Below, in pieces: positions 1-11,666 of a DNA stretch of 64,000 bases. A program made the position numbers and the translations under genes. The stretch lies in NCBI GenBank assembly GCA_043228905.1, contig JBHGNT010000012.1, forward strand, positions 9,796,001 to 9,860,000, in the 5' to 3' direction. Below the pieces are notes generated by a model. It was not told the DNA's origin. It saw only the letters and a program-made list of their open reading frames with translations, and made no database searches. Numbering within the stretch: the first letter of the stretch is position 1; each line of letters begins with the position of its first letter. The DNA is from Azolla caroliniana. Lineage: Eukaryota; Plantae; Polypodiophyta.

Positions 1-250
1 AGCGAATTGAAAAAATCTAGCATTGCCAAACTTTTCATGAAATAACAACTATGTTAATCTTGTATAAAAGAGGGCCATAAAAAATTCTAAGTGTGCCCTT
101 TCTTCGACCTAATACTTGCGTTGCACATTGATGTGCTGAACATTGTTGCCCATTGACTTAAATTGACACCACTTATTATAGAACTCTCTTTTTTAACACT
201 ATTTTGCAATTTTATAAATGGTGTACCTCTTTTGATGTCATCAACACATC

Positions 251-330
251 GATAATTAACCCGAGTTGTCTAAGGCGTTGGATTTAGGCTCCAATTCGAA
301 ATGACGTGCGTGCAAATCCCACAACTGTCA
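251..330 (+). pseudogene. tRNA-Leu-TAG: tRNA-Leu(TAG) degenerate copy
   Basis: gataattaacccgagttgtctaaggcg-ttgga-tttaggc-tccaa...tgcaaatcccacaactgtca aligns to plant tRNA-Leu(TAG); A and B boxes mutated. Confidence 0.85.
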
Positions 331-575
331 TTAGTGAATTAAAATAATCTAGCATTACAAAAAAATAATCTACTACGTTATTCTTGGCCATAATAGGGCG
401 CCACAAAAATTTAAACATATTCCTTCTTTGATCTAGTGCTTGCAGTGCACATTGATATGCTTAACACTATTGCATAGTGACCTAAATTGACACCACTGAA
501 AATATCACTTTCTTTTTTAATACTCTTTGGCCACTTGATTTAAGTGTACACTTCCTTTGATATCATCAACCCATC

Positions 576-655
576 GACAATTTGGCTGAGTGGTCTAAGG
601 CGTTGGGTTTACGCTCCAATCCGTAAGGGTGTGGTATCTAATTCCACAATTGTCA
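576..655 (+). pseudogene. tRNA-Leu-derived copy, anticodon mutated to TAC, damaged T-loop
   Basis: gacaatttggctgagtggtctaaggcgttggg-tttacgc-tccaa...gtggtatctaattccac. Confidence 0.85.
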
Positions 656-797
656 TTAGAGAATTGAATAATGTAGCATTACCAAACATTTAATGAAATA
701 AATACTACGTTATCCTTGTACAAACAAGGGCCATAATTTTAGTACTCTTTGGCCACTTGATTTAAGTGTACACTTCCTTTGATATCATCAACCCATC

Positions 798-877
798 GAC
801 AATTTGCCTGAGTGGTCTAATGCGTTGGGTTTAGGCTCCAATCTGTAAGGGCGTGGTATCTAATTCCACAGTTTTCA
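798..877 (+). pseudogene. tRNA-Leu-TAG: tRNA-Leu(TAG) degenerate copy
   Basis: Near-duplicate of 576-655 with the same damaged T-loop (gtggtatctaattcc). Confidence 0.85.
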
Positions 878-945
878 TTAGAGAATTGAAATAATGTAGC
901 ATTACCAAACATTTAATGAAATAAATACTACGTTATCCTTGTACA

Positions 946-1406
946 TGTTAATCCTAGGGCCGGACAACAGCCTAACATAGGGTGTCCACTTACGACACTT
1001 CACCAAAGGGTGGTACGGCAGAATGACTTATGACACAAAGCTTAATTAGACCTTAATTGGTTACTTAGCAATCCGTAATTAACACGCGTAAGATATAACA
1101 TTGAATACAGAACGGTAATCAACACTGGAAGATTAAGACAATAAGCTCTATTAATTATCCGCTCTCGATTACATTATAACCGGGCCTTTATATAGGTCTC
1201 CGGTGCGAAATACAAAACGGTGCCAAACGGCACCTTTACAGGATTGGTCCGGATCCGGATCGGCATACTGATTCCGGTCCGTCCGTCCACATCTTCTCAT
1301 ATATTACTATAAATTTTAAGACTACTAATTACAACAGTTCCCGAATAAACTATTCCTTTCACACTCTGGTTTGGACCTCCTTAAGCCTTCTTGCCAGCCG
1401 GTAACA
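946..1406 (-). repeat. 3' LTR of element A
   Basis: tgttaatcc...ccggtaaca; about 16 differences (counted by eye) from 20948-21408. Confidence 0.97.
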
Positions 1407-1408
1407 CA

Positions 1409-1447
1409 TGGCACGCCCGTGGGACAGTACCTTGTACGTCGAACCCA
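1409..1447 (-). promoter_or_regulatory. tRNA-Arg(TCT) 3'-end-like sequence occupying the PPT position of element A (inverted PBS)
   Basis: Plus strand TGGCACGCCCGTGGGAC-agtaccttgtacg-TCGAACCCA starts 2 nt from the LTR; no purine tract present. Confidence 0.85.
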
Positions 1448-1460
1448 TTATCCGGCCCTT

Positions 1461-4400
1461 TTACGCTTCGTCCAAAATGTCCAGAATGCTTTGCTCAAAA
1501 ATTTCCAATGGCTTGTCGGGAATCTGTTGTTGCTGTTGTGGCTGTTGCTGTTGCTGTTGTTGTTCCGTTTGTGGTTGCGGCTGCTGCTCCGTTTGTGCCT
1601 TCTCCGTTTGGGGTTGCGGCTTCGTTTGTCGTTGTGGCACCGGCGTTTCCTGCGTTGGTTCCTCCGTCGGAGTTGTTTCTGGCTGACTGACCATGGCCTA
1701 GTCCCCGTCTGGTCCTAGTCCCGACAACGTTTCCTCATCACTAAGGTTGACCGTTGTCGCCTTTCTCGCTTTTTCTTCCCGCAACCGAAACCGCTCATAG
1801 CTCTCAAACTGGATTTGAGCCTCCAGCCGATCGTCGTCCAGTTGAGCTACGAGCTGTCGGACCTGTACCAATTGTTCATCCGCCAGGGCTATGAAATCTT
1901 CGGCCAGCTCATCCCTTATGATGGTGAAGTCCTCTGATGTCAGCGTATAACAGTCGTCGCCCTCCTTCGGCCAGTTTTCCACGTCCGCCCTAAGCAATTG
2001 GAGTTCCGTCGTATTCTGCCCCATTTCGCCCACCAACGCACAGAGATGTCATCAATCAAGCTTTTGGTCTTAGTGAGCCATGACCGGAGGATGCACTGGA
2101 TCCGTTCGGCTCCCATCCATGATTTATTTTCTGCGGCTTGTCGCTCCTCTTTCAATTGCTTGATAATTCGGACTGTGTCCGCCTCCTGCTCCCTATAATG
2201 CGACAATTGATTTTAATAGGTTGTTTGCAACCTCTGTAATACCATTGTCGCTCTTTCCTTGTCTTCATGGTTCTGTTTGTGGAGCTCCATCTGGTCATTG
2301 ACCGCTTCCTCCAATAGCCTGGAACTTTCCGCTCGTTCTTCGACGAGTGCCGTTGGGGCCCTATCAACTTCTTGCCGGAGCTTGGCCATCCGTTCCTGTT
2401 GTTGCTTATACTCCATCTCCAGTTGCTTGTAGTCCCGATGCAGATGATCGAAATCATCGGTCTTCTGCTTCAGCCTCTGGGTGATCTGCCGGCACGCACG
2501 GTCCTCCCGGTCCTTCTGTTGACGGAGCTCTTCCTTCAGCCTCTTGATTTCCGTTTCCGCCATCCGTCGGAGCTTGTCTTTCTCCTGCAGCAATTTCTCT
2601 TTTTCCTGCTTCAGCCGGTCGTAAGCATGATGTCCTTTGCGCAGGTTTTCCTCTGCCCGACGGAGGTTCTCAGCAGTCTTTTTTAATTCTTCTTCGGCCG
2701 CCTTCTTCAAGTCGCGTTCACGGCTCCATAATGCTTCTTGTGCGGCAAGTTCATCTCCTAATTCCACTAGCTCTTGGGCTCGTGCCGCATCTTTTTCCGG
2801 GACAGTTTCCGCCTCCGGGGTCTTATTCATATGTACATCAACCGGAGTCACCGGTGCTTGGATCTGCGTTGCGGTTAGGGCCATTTTGGCCATGTCCCCT
2901 GTGATCTGATCCAAGTCTTGTTCGAGGCATCGGATCCTTGATCAGGCTGTCTCCAGTTCATCGGTTGTGACGAGCAACCGTTCCGTTTGCACTCTTTCCT
3001 CCGCTTCTATGCATTCGACTACTCCGGCAATTTTCTGTCCTATCCACCGTAGCCATTGGCTGTCGGTGCACTGTTGTTTCGCTTGCATGGATGATTGGCC
3101 AATGGGTTCACTCGCCGGTGGCTGGTCCCGCCTTACTGCATCGAGCTACGCTTCTAGTTCTACCAACTGACCACTTTGCCGTTTCGGCTCTGAGTGTGTT
3201 TCGGCTAGCCGCCCCTTGTCTGCTTGTTCTTGGCCGGCTAGGACGGTTGGCCTTTGTATAATCCGGCTCTTGAGTTACGGGGCTTGCCGGTGCCACTTGT
3301 TGTGTCGGGACTTCTGTGACCGGTTCCCTCCGAACTGGTTCCGGTGCCTCCCTTGGTGTGGGATGCTCAGCGTGAGTTGCGGGCGTTCCATCCTTCTGTG
3401 GGCCTGAACGCTTCCCGACTGATTCAGCGGTGCTCTTCACCAGCCGCCGTTGGAGGTGCTCCGTGGGTTCTTCCTCCATTTCCTCCGCTTGAGTCCGGAC
3501 ATTCATTCTTGCCGCCAGGGTGTCCGTTTCCTGTTGCACCGGTTCGTGGAGTGGGCTCTTCAGGGGCCGTGCCGGTCTCTCCTCGCTTGCATCTGTCGGC
3601 CGCTTCCGGCTGGCGCGCTCCTTTGTCGTCTTCTCTGTGTCGGCCGTCTTCCCCTTAGTGGCCTTGGAGGCCAATAGTTGTTGTTGTTTTGAAGCAGGTT
3701 TCGGGGTGCCGTCCGTTGCTCTCCCCCGCTTTTTGGTCTGGACGGGCTCGACCGGTGGCGCCTGCAAGGTGAGCCATTGCGTCACCGCATGCCATATTTT
3801 GCGGCCTTCCTTGCCGTCCTTTCCTCATACTATATCAATCGTCGTACACAGCCCATCGGCGATCAGCACCGGCGAATCTACCTTGACCCCTTCGTACGTT
3901 GCGATGATCAAGCCTGCTTGGTTCTGAGGCATGATGGGGGATCGAGGGTACACATGGCCGAACTCATGGAGCACACGGGCAATTTCGCGGAATAGCATAT
4001 CTTCGCCGCCTTGTGTCCTGTAGCCCTTGCTGGTGAGAGAGTACTCACCGAAATATTTGATGAGCTGCTCGGAGGTAGGATTGTCGATCGTGTAGATGCC
4101 TCCCTCCAGAAGGCCTATTAATGCACAGATCGCCTCCTCCGTGATCACCTCTGTGTCGATTTCTTTGATAATCTTTTCGGCCTCCTTGTGTGGCGCCGCC
4201 TCCATGATCGTCAAGAAACCCTCCAGTCCGTGTTGTCGTAGCCATTTCTTGGCGGCTTCAGACAGCGTTTGGCAGTCCATCTCTACGTCAAGGTCGGAGA
4301 GCGTTGGCAAGGTTTGGTGGTGGGGAGAGTGTGAGAGAGAAAGTTCTGAGAGAGGGGGTTCTCTGTGTGTGAGCTCTCTGCGATTGATCTTCACGCGTTT

Positions 4401-4559
4401 GTCTGCGTCTGTTCTCCTTGGTTCGCGATAGGAGAAGGTCTCGATGCGTGGGGGTTTTTCTCTCTGCACCTTGGCGCCTTTTTCGAGCCTCCGCATGTGC
4501 AGGTCGTGTACTATAATAGCATTGCGTGCCATGTGGCGGTGGTTTAATGTCCTATTCAT
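1461..4559 (-). pseudogene. Accessory coiled-coil ORF of element A (split by stops and frameshifts)
   Basis: ORF pieces 3825-4559, 3108-3785, 2213-2914, 1940-2206, 1698-2036, 1461-1694 align colinearly with the 32211-35201 protein. Confidence 0.9.
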
Positions 4560-4703
4560 AGCCCCTCGTACCTTTTCGACGTGCCTCTCTACTCCTCATT
4601 TGCATGGCCGTTTCCACCACTCCTTTCCATGATTTATTTGATTCCATTCGATTTTTACTTCTGTTTTTTTCTTTTTCTTTTTTTCGTAAAGTTAATTGTG
4701 TGG

Positions 4704-5874
4704 TTACTTTTTCTCCGGTCTTGTCGGACCCTTACCCAAAACGTGCACCTTGCCAACCTCTTGACGGTTTGCTGTCTCGTGCTCCTTACCGGCTTGGTGG
4801 TCGTCGTTTTCCTCCCAGGTTGCCGTTCTGGTTGGCCTGCCGGTGTCCAATTCGGCGTCGGCCCTTTGTTCAAATGGGTTCTTTGGCATAGGTCCTTTGT
4901 ATGGCTTTAGTCTAAATCCGTTGACCCATTTACCCAGTACCTTGTCGGCAAGTGTCCCTAACTGGTAAGACCCATTAAAACTGCGTGTGATCCAGTACGG
5001 TCCGGTCCATCTAAACCGTAGTTTGCCTGGCATTTTACCCATCCGGGTCTGGAACTCTAGTACCGGCTTGCCGGTTTCGAACATCTTTTCGTTTCCCTTC
5101 CGGTGACGATCTACAAACGCTTTCCGTCTCCGTTGTTCCAATTCCAGGTGCATAATGCTCGCCAATCGGTGTTCTTCCAGTTCACACAGAGCCTTTAACC
5201 GAATTGCCTCTGATTCCTTTTCGTTCAGTCGTTCCCGAATTTGAATCCGTAAGCTTGGTACCTGGAACTCGACCGGCATGACTGCCTCTAATCCGAATGC
5301 TAACCGGAACGGTGTTGTTCGGATGCTTGTTTTATGCGCTGTCCGGTAGGCCTAGAGCGCACTATGCAGCTTCATATCCCAATCCGTCCGGTTTTCGTTG
5401 ACGATATTCTGGAGGATATTCTGGAGTGTTTTGTTCGTCGACTCAGCTAACCCGTTTGCTTGCGGATAGTACGGTGTGGTTCGTTTATGTACTACCGCAT
5501 AGAACGTCGTCAAAGTTTCTACCACCTGTCCAAGAAAGTGCCCTCCTTGGTCGCTTATCAGCTCTATGGGGCATCCGTACCGGCACCAAATGCATTCGTA
5601 TAAGAATTTCTCCATTGACACCGCGGTGTTGTCTCGTAGGGCTTTCGCTTCCACCCACTTAGTGCAGTAATCCGTCGCGACGATCACGTACCGGTTACCG
5701 GTTCTCATTGCCGGTGGTTTAAATGGCCCGACAAAATCTAGCCTCCATTTCTGGAATGGTTCTAGTGGTAGGACCGGCTGGTGTGGCATCTGAGCTTGCT
5801 CCGTTGGCTGGCCCATTCGTTGGCATAGATCACACTCTTTCGCGTACCGGACTGCATCTTTCAATGTCGTCGGC
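4704..5874 (-). pseudogene. Gypsy integrase core and C-terminus (element A)
   Basis: CDLCQR zinc-finger end, LDFVGP, LISDQGGHF, YYPQANGLAE, GPY motif; no chromodomain. Confidence 0.95.
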
Positions 5875-8800
5875 AACACCGGGTCATTTGAAACAGGTAA
5901 TATGTCGCATTCTCTTTTTCTTATCTTAGTGAGATGTTAAAAAATGTCTTATTTAAGCAGAATTTCACAAGGCACGACGCATGTGTATGTGGTTTATGAA
6001 AATATAGCGAAAAAAAGAACTAACTAATATCACGTCAACAAAATCATCCGACGTATATTCTATCTACCATGTTTTTGTCCAAATCTTAGACAGGGGTGTA
6101 TTTGTCAACACAAGTATAATAGTAACACAGGTCCTTGTGCATATTCTAAAATGCATGCCCCATTGAATAAGTGACTTCTTCTAATTATGTGTGTATATTT
6201 AAATATAATACATCTTAAAGCAAATTGTGAACCTTGCAATTAAGAGATACTACTATGTCAAGAGAAAATTTCCATTGACACGTGATACATGACACTGTCA
6301 ATGTATAAATAAACTAGTCTACAATAATATTCCAATCATACGAGTAAATGATAGAGTATAAACTTATCTCCGATATACCCCAAATGATAAAGGAGAGTTT
6401 AGATAACATGTACACATACAAGTATACTTAATTTCTAAGTTCAATGATTGTTACACGAAAATTATAAGTAAGCTCAACTTATATATTACGTCAAAATTTA
6501 ACAATTCATATTGTTCAAAATTTACAATAAGCCATAACCATTCAATCGAATAATAAGTCTGGTAAAGCCGTCTACTCAGGATTAGCTCTTTCATCAGGAT
6601 TGTCCTCATTGGCTTCGTCAGTACGCTAAGTTTAATTGTTAGTATGTTTAGACTCTGAAACGTCTTCTAATTCAACAAGTTGCCCTGCGTCTTCATCTAT
6701 AGTTCCACAAGTTTTCTAAAAGTCATCTGGAACATCTAAGTTTTATTGATATGCTTTGCCCCAACTTCTTGGTCTTGATCAGGACAACCCCAGATACCTT
6801 GGATCCTCATTTTGATGACATTAACTTGCTCAAGGTCCTTCTCTAATGCAACAGAGTTCCTGATAATCTTTAAGGCGTATGTTTTAGTAGTACATGACAG
6901 TAGAATGAAATTGCACAGGTAACATCAAACTGAAGAATAGAATATAACGTTAATCTAAATTGATGTAAGTTTTATATTATATACCTGTGTCAAAAAACTA
7001 ATCTAAAACCCATTGAAAATTTGAAACAATAAAATTTGAAAAAATAAAAAATCTTGGATTTTTAATTGGAATCCAATGCGATGCACTAGATTTCAGTTGA
7101 AAATCCAAGTTTTTTTTTTTGTAATTTTTAAAATTTTTTCCATTAAAAAATAAAAAATGGATTTTCAGCTAAAATACTATGCACTACATTATATTTTAGT
7201 ATATATAGCTAGAATCTAATGCAATGCGTTGGATTAGAGTCGAAAATCCTTTTTTCTTTTTTCTTTTTCCAATGCTATTTATTTATTTATTTTCCATATA
7301 AAATAATTTAATAAACGGCTTTTCAACTGAAATCCGATACACTACATCAGATCGTAGTCTATACAGCTAGACATTGATGCATTGCATCAGATTTTAGCTG
7401 GCAATCCTCTTTCTTTTCAATTGTTTTTCATTTTTTCAAAAAATAAATAAAAATATATTAAAAAAGTGTCTTTCCAACTGAAATCTAATGCACTACATTG
7501 AATTTCAATTAAAAATCCAAATTTCTTTTAGGTTTTTCATAAAACAATGAGATAATAAAAAAATATTACATTTTCAACAAAATCTGAACCATTGAGTCGG
7601 ATTTCAATTGCAAATTAATGTTTTATGAAAAAACATAAGAAAAATATTGGACTTTCAACGGAAATCCTATGCACTGCATCGGATTTCTGTTGAAACTCAG
7701 TGATTTTGAACGGAAATCCAATGCAGTGCATCGGATTCCCGTTGAAAACAGATCATTTTCAACAGGATTTTCAATGGAAATCCGATGCACTACATCGGAT
7801 TCCTGTTGAAAACACATCATTTTAAATGGAGAAAATCACAATTTGTTTATTTTTAACACTTTTTTAGAGAAAAATATAAACAAATAAGAAAATTTGTAAA
7901 CAAAGAAGAAAAAGTGGACTTTCAATGGAAATCCGATGCAGTCCATCGGATTTCCGTTGAAAATCCATTTTTTTCAACTCCTATATATTTATTTATGATA
8001 AAAACAAAAACAATTCAAAACAAATACAAAAACAAATTCAAAATATCTGAAAAATTGGAAACAAATAAGACAAAATGGATTTTCAATGGAAATCCGATGT
8101 AGTGCATCGGATTTCTGTTGAAAACCCATTTTTTGCAATTTTTATTTATTTATTTATGGGAAAAAATGGAAAAAATTTAAAAAATACAAAAAAATATTTT
8201 AAAATATGAAAATTTGGTAACAAATAGCAAAAAGTGGACTTTGAATAGAAATCCTTTGAAACGTCATTTTTTCAATTTCTATATAATTATTTATGATAAA
8301 ATAGACAAAAAAAATACCAAAAAAAATCTAAAAACTATGAAAATTTGGATAAAAATAAGAAAAAGTGGATTTTCTACGGAAATCCGATGCAGTGCATCGG
8401 ATTTCCATTGCAAATCTATTTTTTCAATATTTATTTATTTTTTATAGAAAAAATTCAAAACAATTCAAAAAAATTCAAATAAAAAAGCAAATTTGGAAAA
8501 AAATACGTAAAAGTGGACTTTCAACCAAAATCCGATGCAGTGCATCGGATTTCCGTTGAAAATCCATTTTTTCAATTATTATTTATTTTTTTATGGGAAA
8601 AATAAAAACAATTCAAAAAATATGAAAATTTTCAAAAAAATAAGAGAAATTGGATTTTCAATTGAATCTGATGCACGGAATTGGATTTCCATTGAAATCT
8701 AATTTTTCAATTTTTATTTATTTATTTACGAGTAAAATAAAAAATGTTTATTTATTTATTTATGGGAAAATGTTTTATTTTTTCAATTTGTATTTATTTA

Positions 8801-9782
8801 TGTATTTTCGGGAAATCCATGCAATGTATCATATTTTAGTCTATGTAGCTAGAATTCAATGCAATGCATTAAAATGAAAGAGTATTTTTTTAATGGAAAT
8901 TTTTAAAAAAATTCCAAGACTTACAGGAATCTGATGCATTATATCCAATTCTAGATGTATAGAGTAAAATTCGACATGTTGCGTCAAATCTAGATGGAAT
9001 GAATCGGATTTCTGTACGACATCAAAGGCTTACTATGAGAATCTAAGAAAAATGGAAAACATCTTTAAGACATTTTTTAGATTCTAATGATTTTGGTAGA
9101 AAGCTTCTCTCACATAATCTAATCTTGTAAATGGAAAGTACATAATGAAATATCATAACCAAAAAGTGAGGAGGAAAGATGCATCAAGCACATCTACTCT
9201 TACATTGGATAATGTTTATATATTAGTGTATGACTTATCTTTGACCAAAACAAGTTATCTGTGACAGACCACAATGAAGATACTGAAAGAGGATCTGGAA
9301 TGTGGCTTCAGACACAACACAAAGACAAACAAGAAGCATGACTGATAAACTCGATGAGGTTGGATTGCAATTGGATCAACACAATGCATTAGTTGCCATT
9401 GATGATGAGGATGAGACCTCATAAACTCGTACTAGTTCATCTAATGGGTATGAAGATGATGACATAAACTTGAAAAATGATTGTCCTGATACGTTAACTA
9501 TAAATATTGTATTGCACATCAAGATTTGGATTCAGAATTTCTATAAATATTGGGGTTAGTCATTTTGGACATTCATTTGTAAGTTTGGCATGTCCATTAT
9601 TTAGGCATTTTTTTGAACACCTAAATTTCCATACATGTTAAAAATCAATATATTTTTGGGTCATTTTTAAAATTCCTTTACACATGCGGCACCCCTTTTT
9701 GTGAATCACCCTAATTTGTGTCATTTTTTTATGGACAGTTCTCAAAATGCGACATATTACCTGTTTCAAATGTCCCGGTGTT
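5875..9782. mobile_element. Non-autonomous TIR DNA transposon, AT-rich, no detectable TSD
   Basis: 37-bp TIRs with 1 mismatch (aacaccggg[t/a]catttgaaacaggtaatatgtcgcatt); removing it restores integrase codons GLWWPTTLK exactly. Confidence 0.9.
7055..9010. repeat. Dispersed array of ~55-bp palindromes inside the TIR element
   Basis: tggattttcaacggaaatccgatgca-g/c-tgcatcggatttccgttgaaaatcca repeated more than 10 times with A/T-rich spacers. Confidence 0.9.
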
Positions 9783-11666
9783 CACCATAGGCCACTTTGC
9801 CATACTTTCCTTGCCGTCGCATCTCCGACATAATGGCCTCCGGCGACTTCGTAGTGTGCTTCCCGTAGTATTACCTCCTTCTCGTCGATGCGCACCGTTC
9901 ATCGCCATATACCGTCCGCACCCTTGTGGTATAGCGTGTCCTGTAATAAACAGAAGTGCCGGCTTTGTACCGGTAGGCGTTTTCTCTCGTCCCGGTTCAT
10001 CTCCTCCGAAGGTAATCCGGTACTCAGAAACTGGTGCATATTAGTTAGCCACTTATCTTCTTGTGCCACCGTTTTGTCTGTTGCCGTTTCCGTGGTGACT
10101 CGAAAAAGCTCTGCATCGGGAAACTCGTCCGGTACTCCGGCGACAACATCCAAAACTCCATCCGTAAATGTAAGTGGAAATGCATCCGTTACCGTTGCCG
10201 CATTGAGCTTCCGGTAGTCGACACAAACTCTAATTTTGCCGTTCTTCTTCGGTACGACTACGATCAAGCTCAGCCATGTAGATTTCTTTACGGGACGGAT
10301 AAAGCCAACCCTCAGCAATTTGTTGATTTCCTCCTTGACTTTGGCGGCGTAGTTTGGGTTCATCCGGTACCGATGCTGTGCTACCGGCTTAGCGTCTTTG
10401 CTCAGGTGTATTTGGTGCTGATACAACTGAGGATCCAGCCCTCTCATATCCTCGTAAGACCAGGACAATACGTCGTGAAACTCGTTGAGGAGTGTAATTA
10501 TCGCCGTTTTGTTCTCTGCATTCATTTCTTTGGCGATGTGCACTGGTTTTGCCTCCTCCGCCGTTCCTAGATTTACCTCTTCTAATTGAGACGCTTTTAC
10601 ACGTTGTGATACGGCCATTTCTCTTTCCAATGCCTCCTGCACTTGCCGTAACTCCCGGATTGCTTCTTTTTCTGGTTTCGCTTCGGTTCCGTCCGGTTGC
10701 AGTAAGTAGGGTGATACCGCTTCGGCGACGTCAATTTCGAATAGGGGTACAATCTTCGGTTTCTCCTACAAGTATTGATCTTCTTCGTCGTCTGCTAATC
10801 CTTCCAACATATTGACGCACTCCGCATATAACGGTGTCAGATCCTTTCCGGTGCCCTTCCTTGGTTGTGTTGGTACCCCTACCTTCGATTTTCCCCGCCC
10901 GAACGTAATCATATTCCTCCTCCAGTTTTGTTTGATGTGTGACGTCTTTAACCAAGGGCATCCCAACAATAATGGGTACGCTCCTTGAGCCTGCAACTGA
11001 GAACTACGGCTGATATTCGGAATGTATGGCCCCCGATGGTTACTTCTAAGTCCCGTATTAATCCTGTCGGTCGCACCGAGCTTGTGTCCGCCATTCGGAG
11101 CCAGAACGGACATGGCTCCCACTCTTGGATTCCAAGAGCATCGCACGTCTGGAGGCTTATTACATTAACGCCGAAGCCTCCGTCTATTATCGTGCCGGGG
11201 AGTTCTTTCCCTTTCACAATGGCAGTAATTGCCGGACTATTGGTGTCCACCACCACCGGTCCCTCCTCCGGATTTGAGAAGAATGTCGGAGCCGGTGGTG
11301 TTCCGCCTGTCGTCATGCCGGATTTGAGTCTCTCTGTGAATCTTGGTACTAGTTGCAAGAGTGGTCCTAATGGCAGCGTGATCTGGCATTCCTGCAATAC
11401 CTACCATGTCGCGTTTTCGGACTGACTACCGCCGGCGAGCTCTTCGGTGTTCTCCTTTTGCTGCGCGAGTTCTGCTACATTTCGCTCATTTGCCTTTTTC
11501 ACCCATTTTGTTGCCTATTTCCGAATGGCCTCTTGTGTCTCCCATTCCGTCGTCTTGCCCTTCGACCTTGTGGTGACCTGCTCTAGGTCTGCCACTTCGG
11601 CGACTACCATGTTTACTGTCGGTCGCTTATTATAGCTCTTTGCCAGACATTGATTACTATAATGTC
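9783..11666 (-). pseudogene. Element A gag tail, protease, RT N-terminus fused by deletion to integrase N-terminus
   Basis: TIIDGGFGVNVI protease; KKNGKIRVCVDYRKLN RT; junction DVVAG|VPDEFPDAELF skips the RT core and RNase H. Confidence 0.93.

Larger units (their letters stand above)
1..945 (+). repeat. Degenerate tandem array of tRNA-Leu(TAG)-containing units (~220-330 bp), left part
   Basis: AT-rich spacer motifs (ctagcattaccaaa, cattgatgtgcttaacatt, aattgacaccact) recur before each tRNA-like 80-mer; the array continues at 21409 after element A. Confidence 0.92.

Noticed and set aside
576-655. Functional anticodon switch Leu to Val (TAC), also at 22638-22717
   Set aside because: Both copies have damaged arms or promoter boxes; best explained as pseudogene decay
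1-945. tRNA-Leu units as dispersed SINEs
   Set aside because: Full-length tRNA bodies in head-to-tail units with shared spacers, no tails or individual TSDs
941-946. tRNA-directed integration of element A (68 bp downstream of a tRNA copy)
   Set aside because: Any insertion in a ~320-bp tRNA array lands near a tRNA, and relatives F and G are not next to tRNAs
1409-1425. Reading element A as plus-oriented with this site as its ordinary PBS
   Set aside because: gag-pol, the accessory ORF and the LTR TATA all run on the minus strand, and a separate PBS follows the other LTR; the opposite end also has no PPT
1408-1686. Cys-rich 92-aa ORF resembling a metallothionein
   Set aside because: It is the antisense reading of the CAA/CAG Gln-rich tail of the accessory ORF; the same artefact recurs at 35037-35252 and 48252-48743
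6540-6930. Possible transposase remnants in the TIR element (also 9200-9500)
   Set aside because: Only short acidic, stop-ridden stretches; no catalytic motif recognisable by eye
7055-9010. Palindromic repeats with spacers as a CRISPR array
   Set aside because: Repeats are ~55 bp and degenerate, spacers are variable, low-complexity and related to each other, context is eukaryotic, no cas genes
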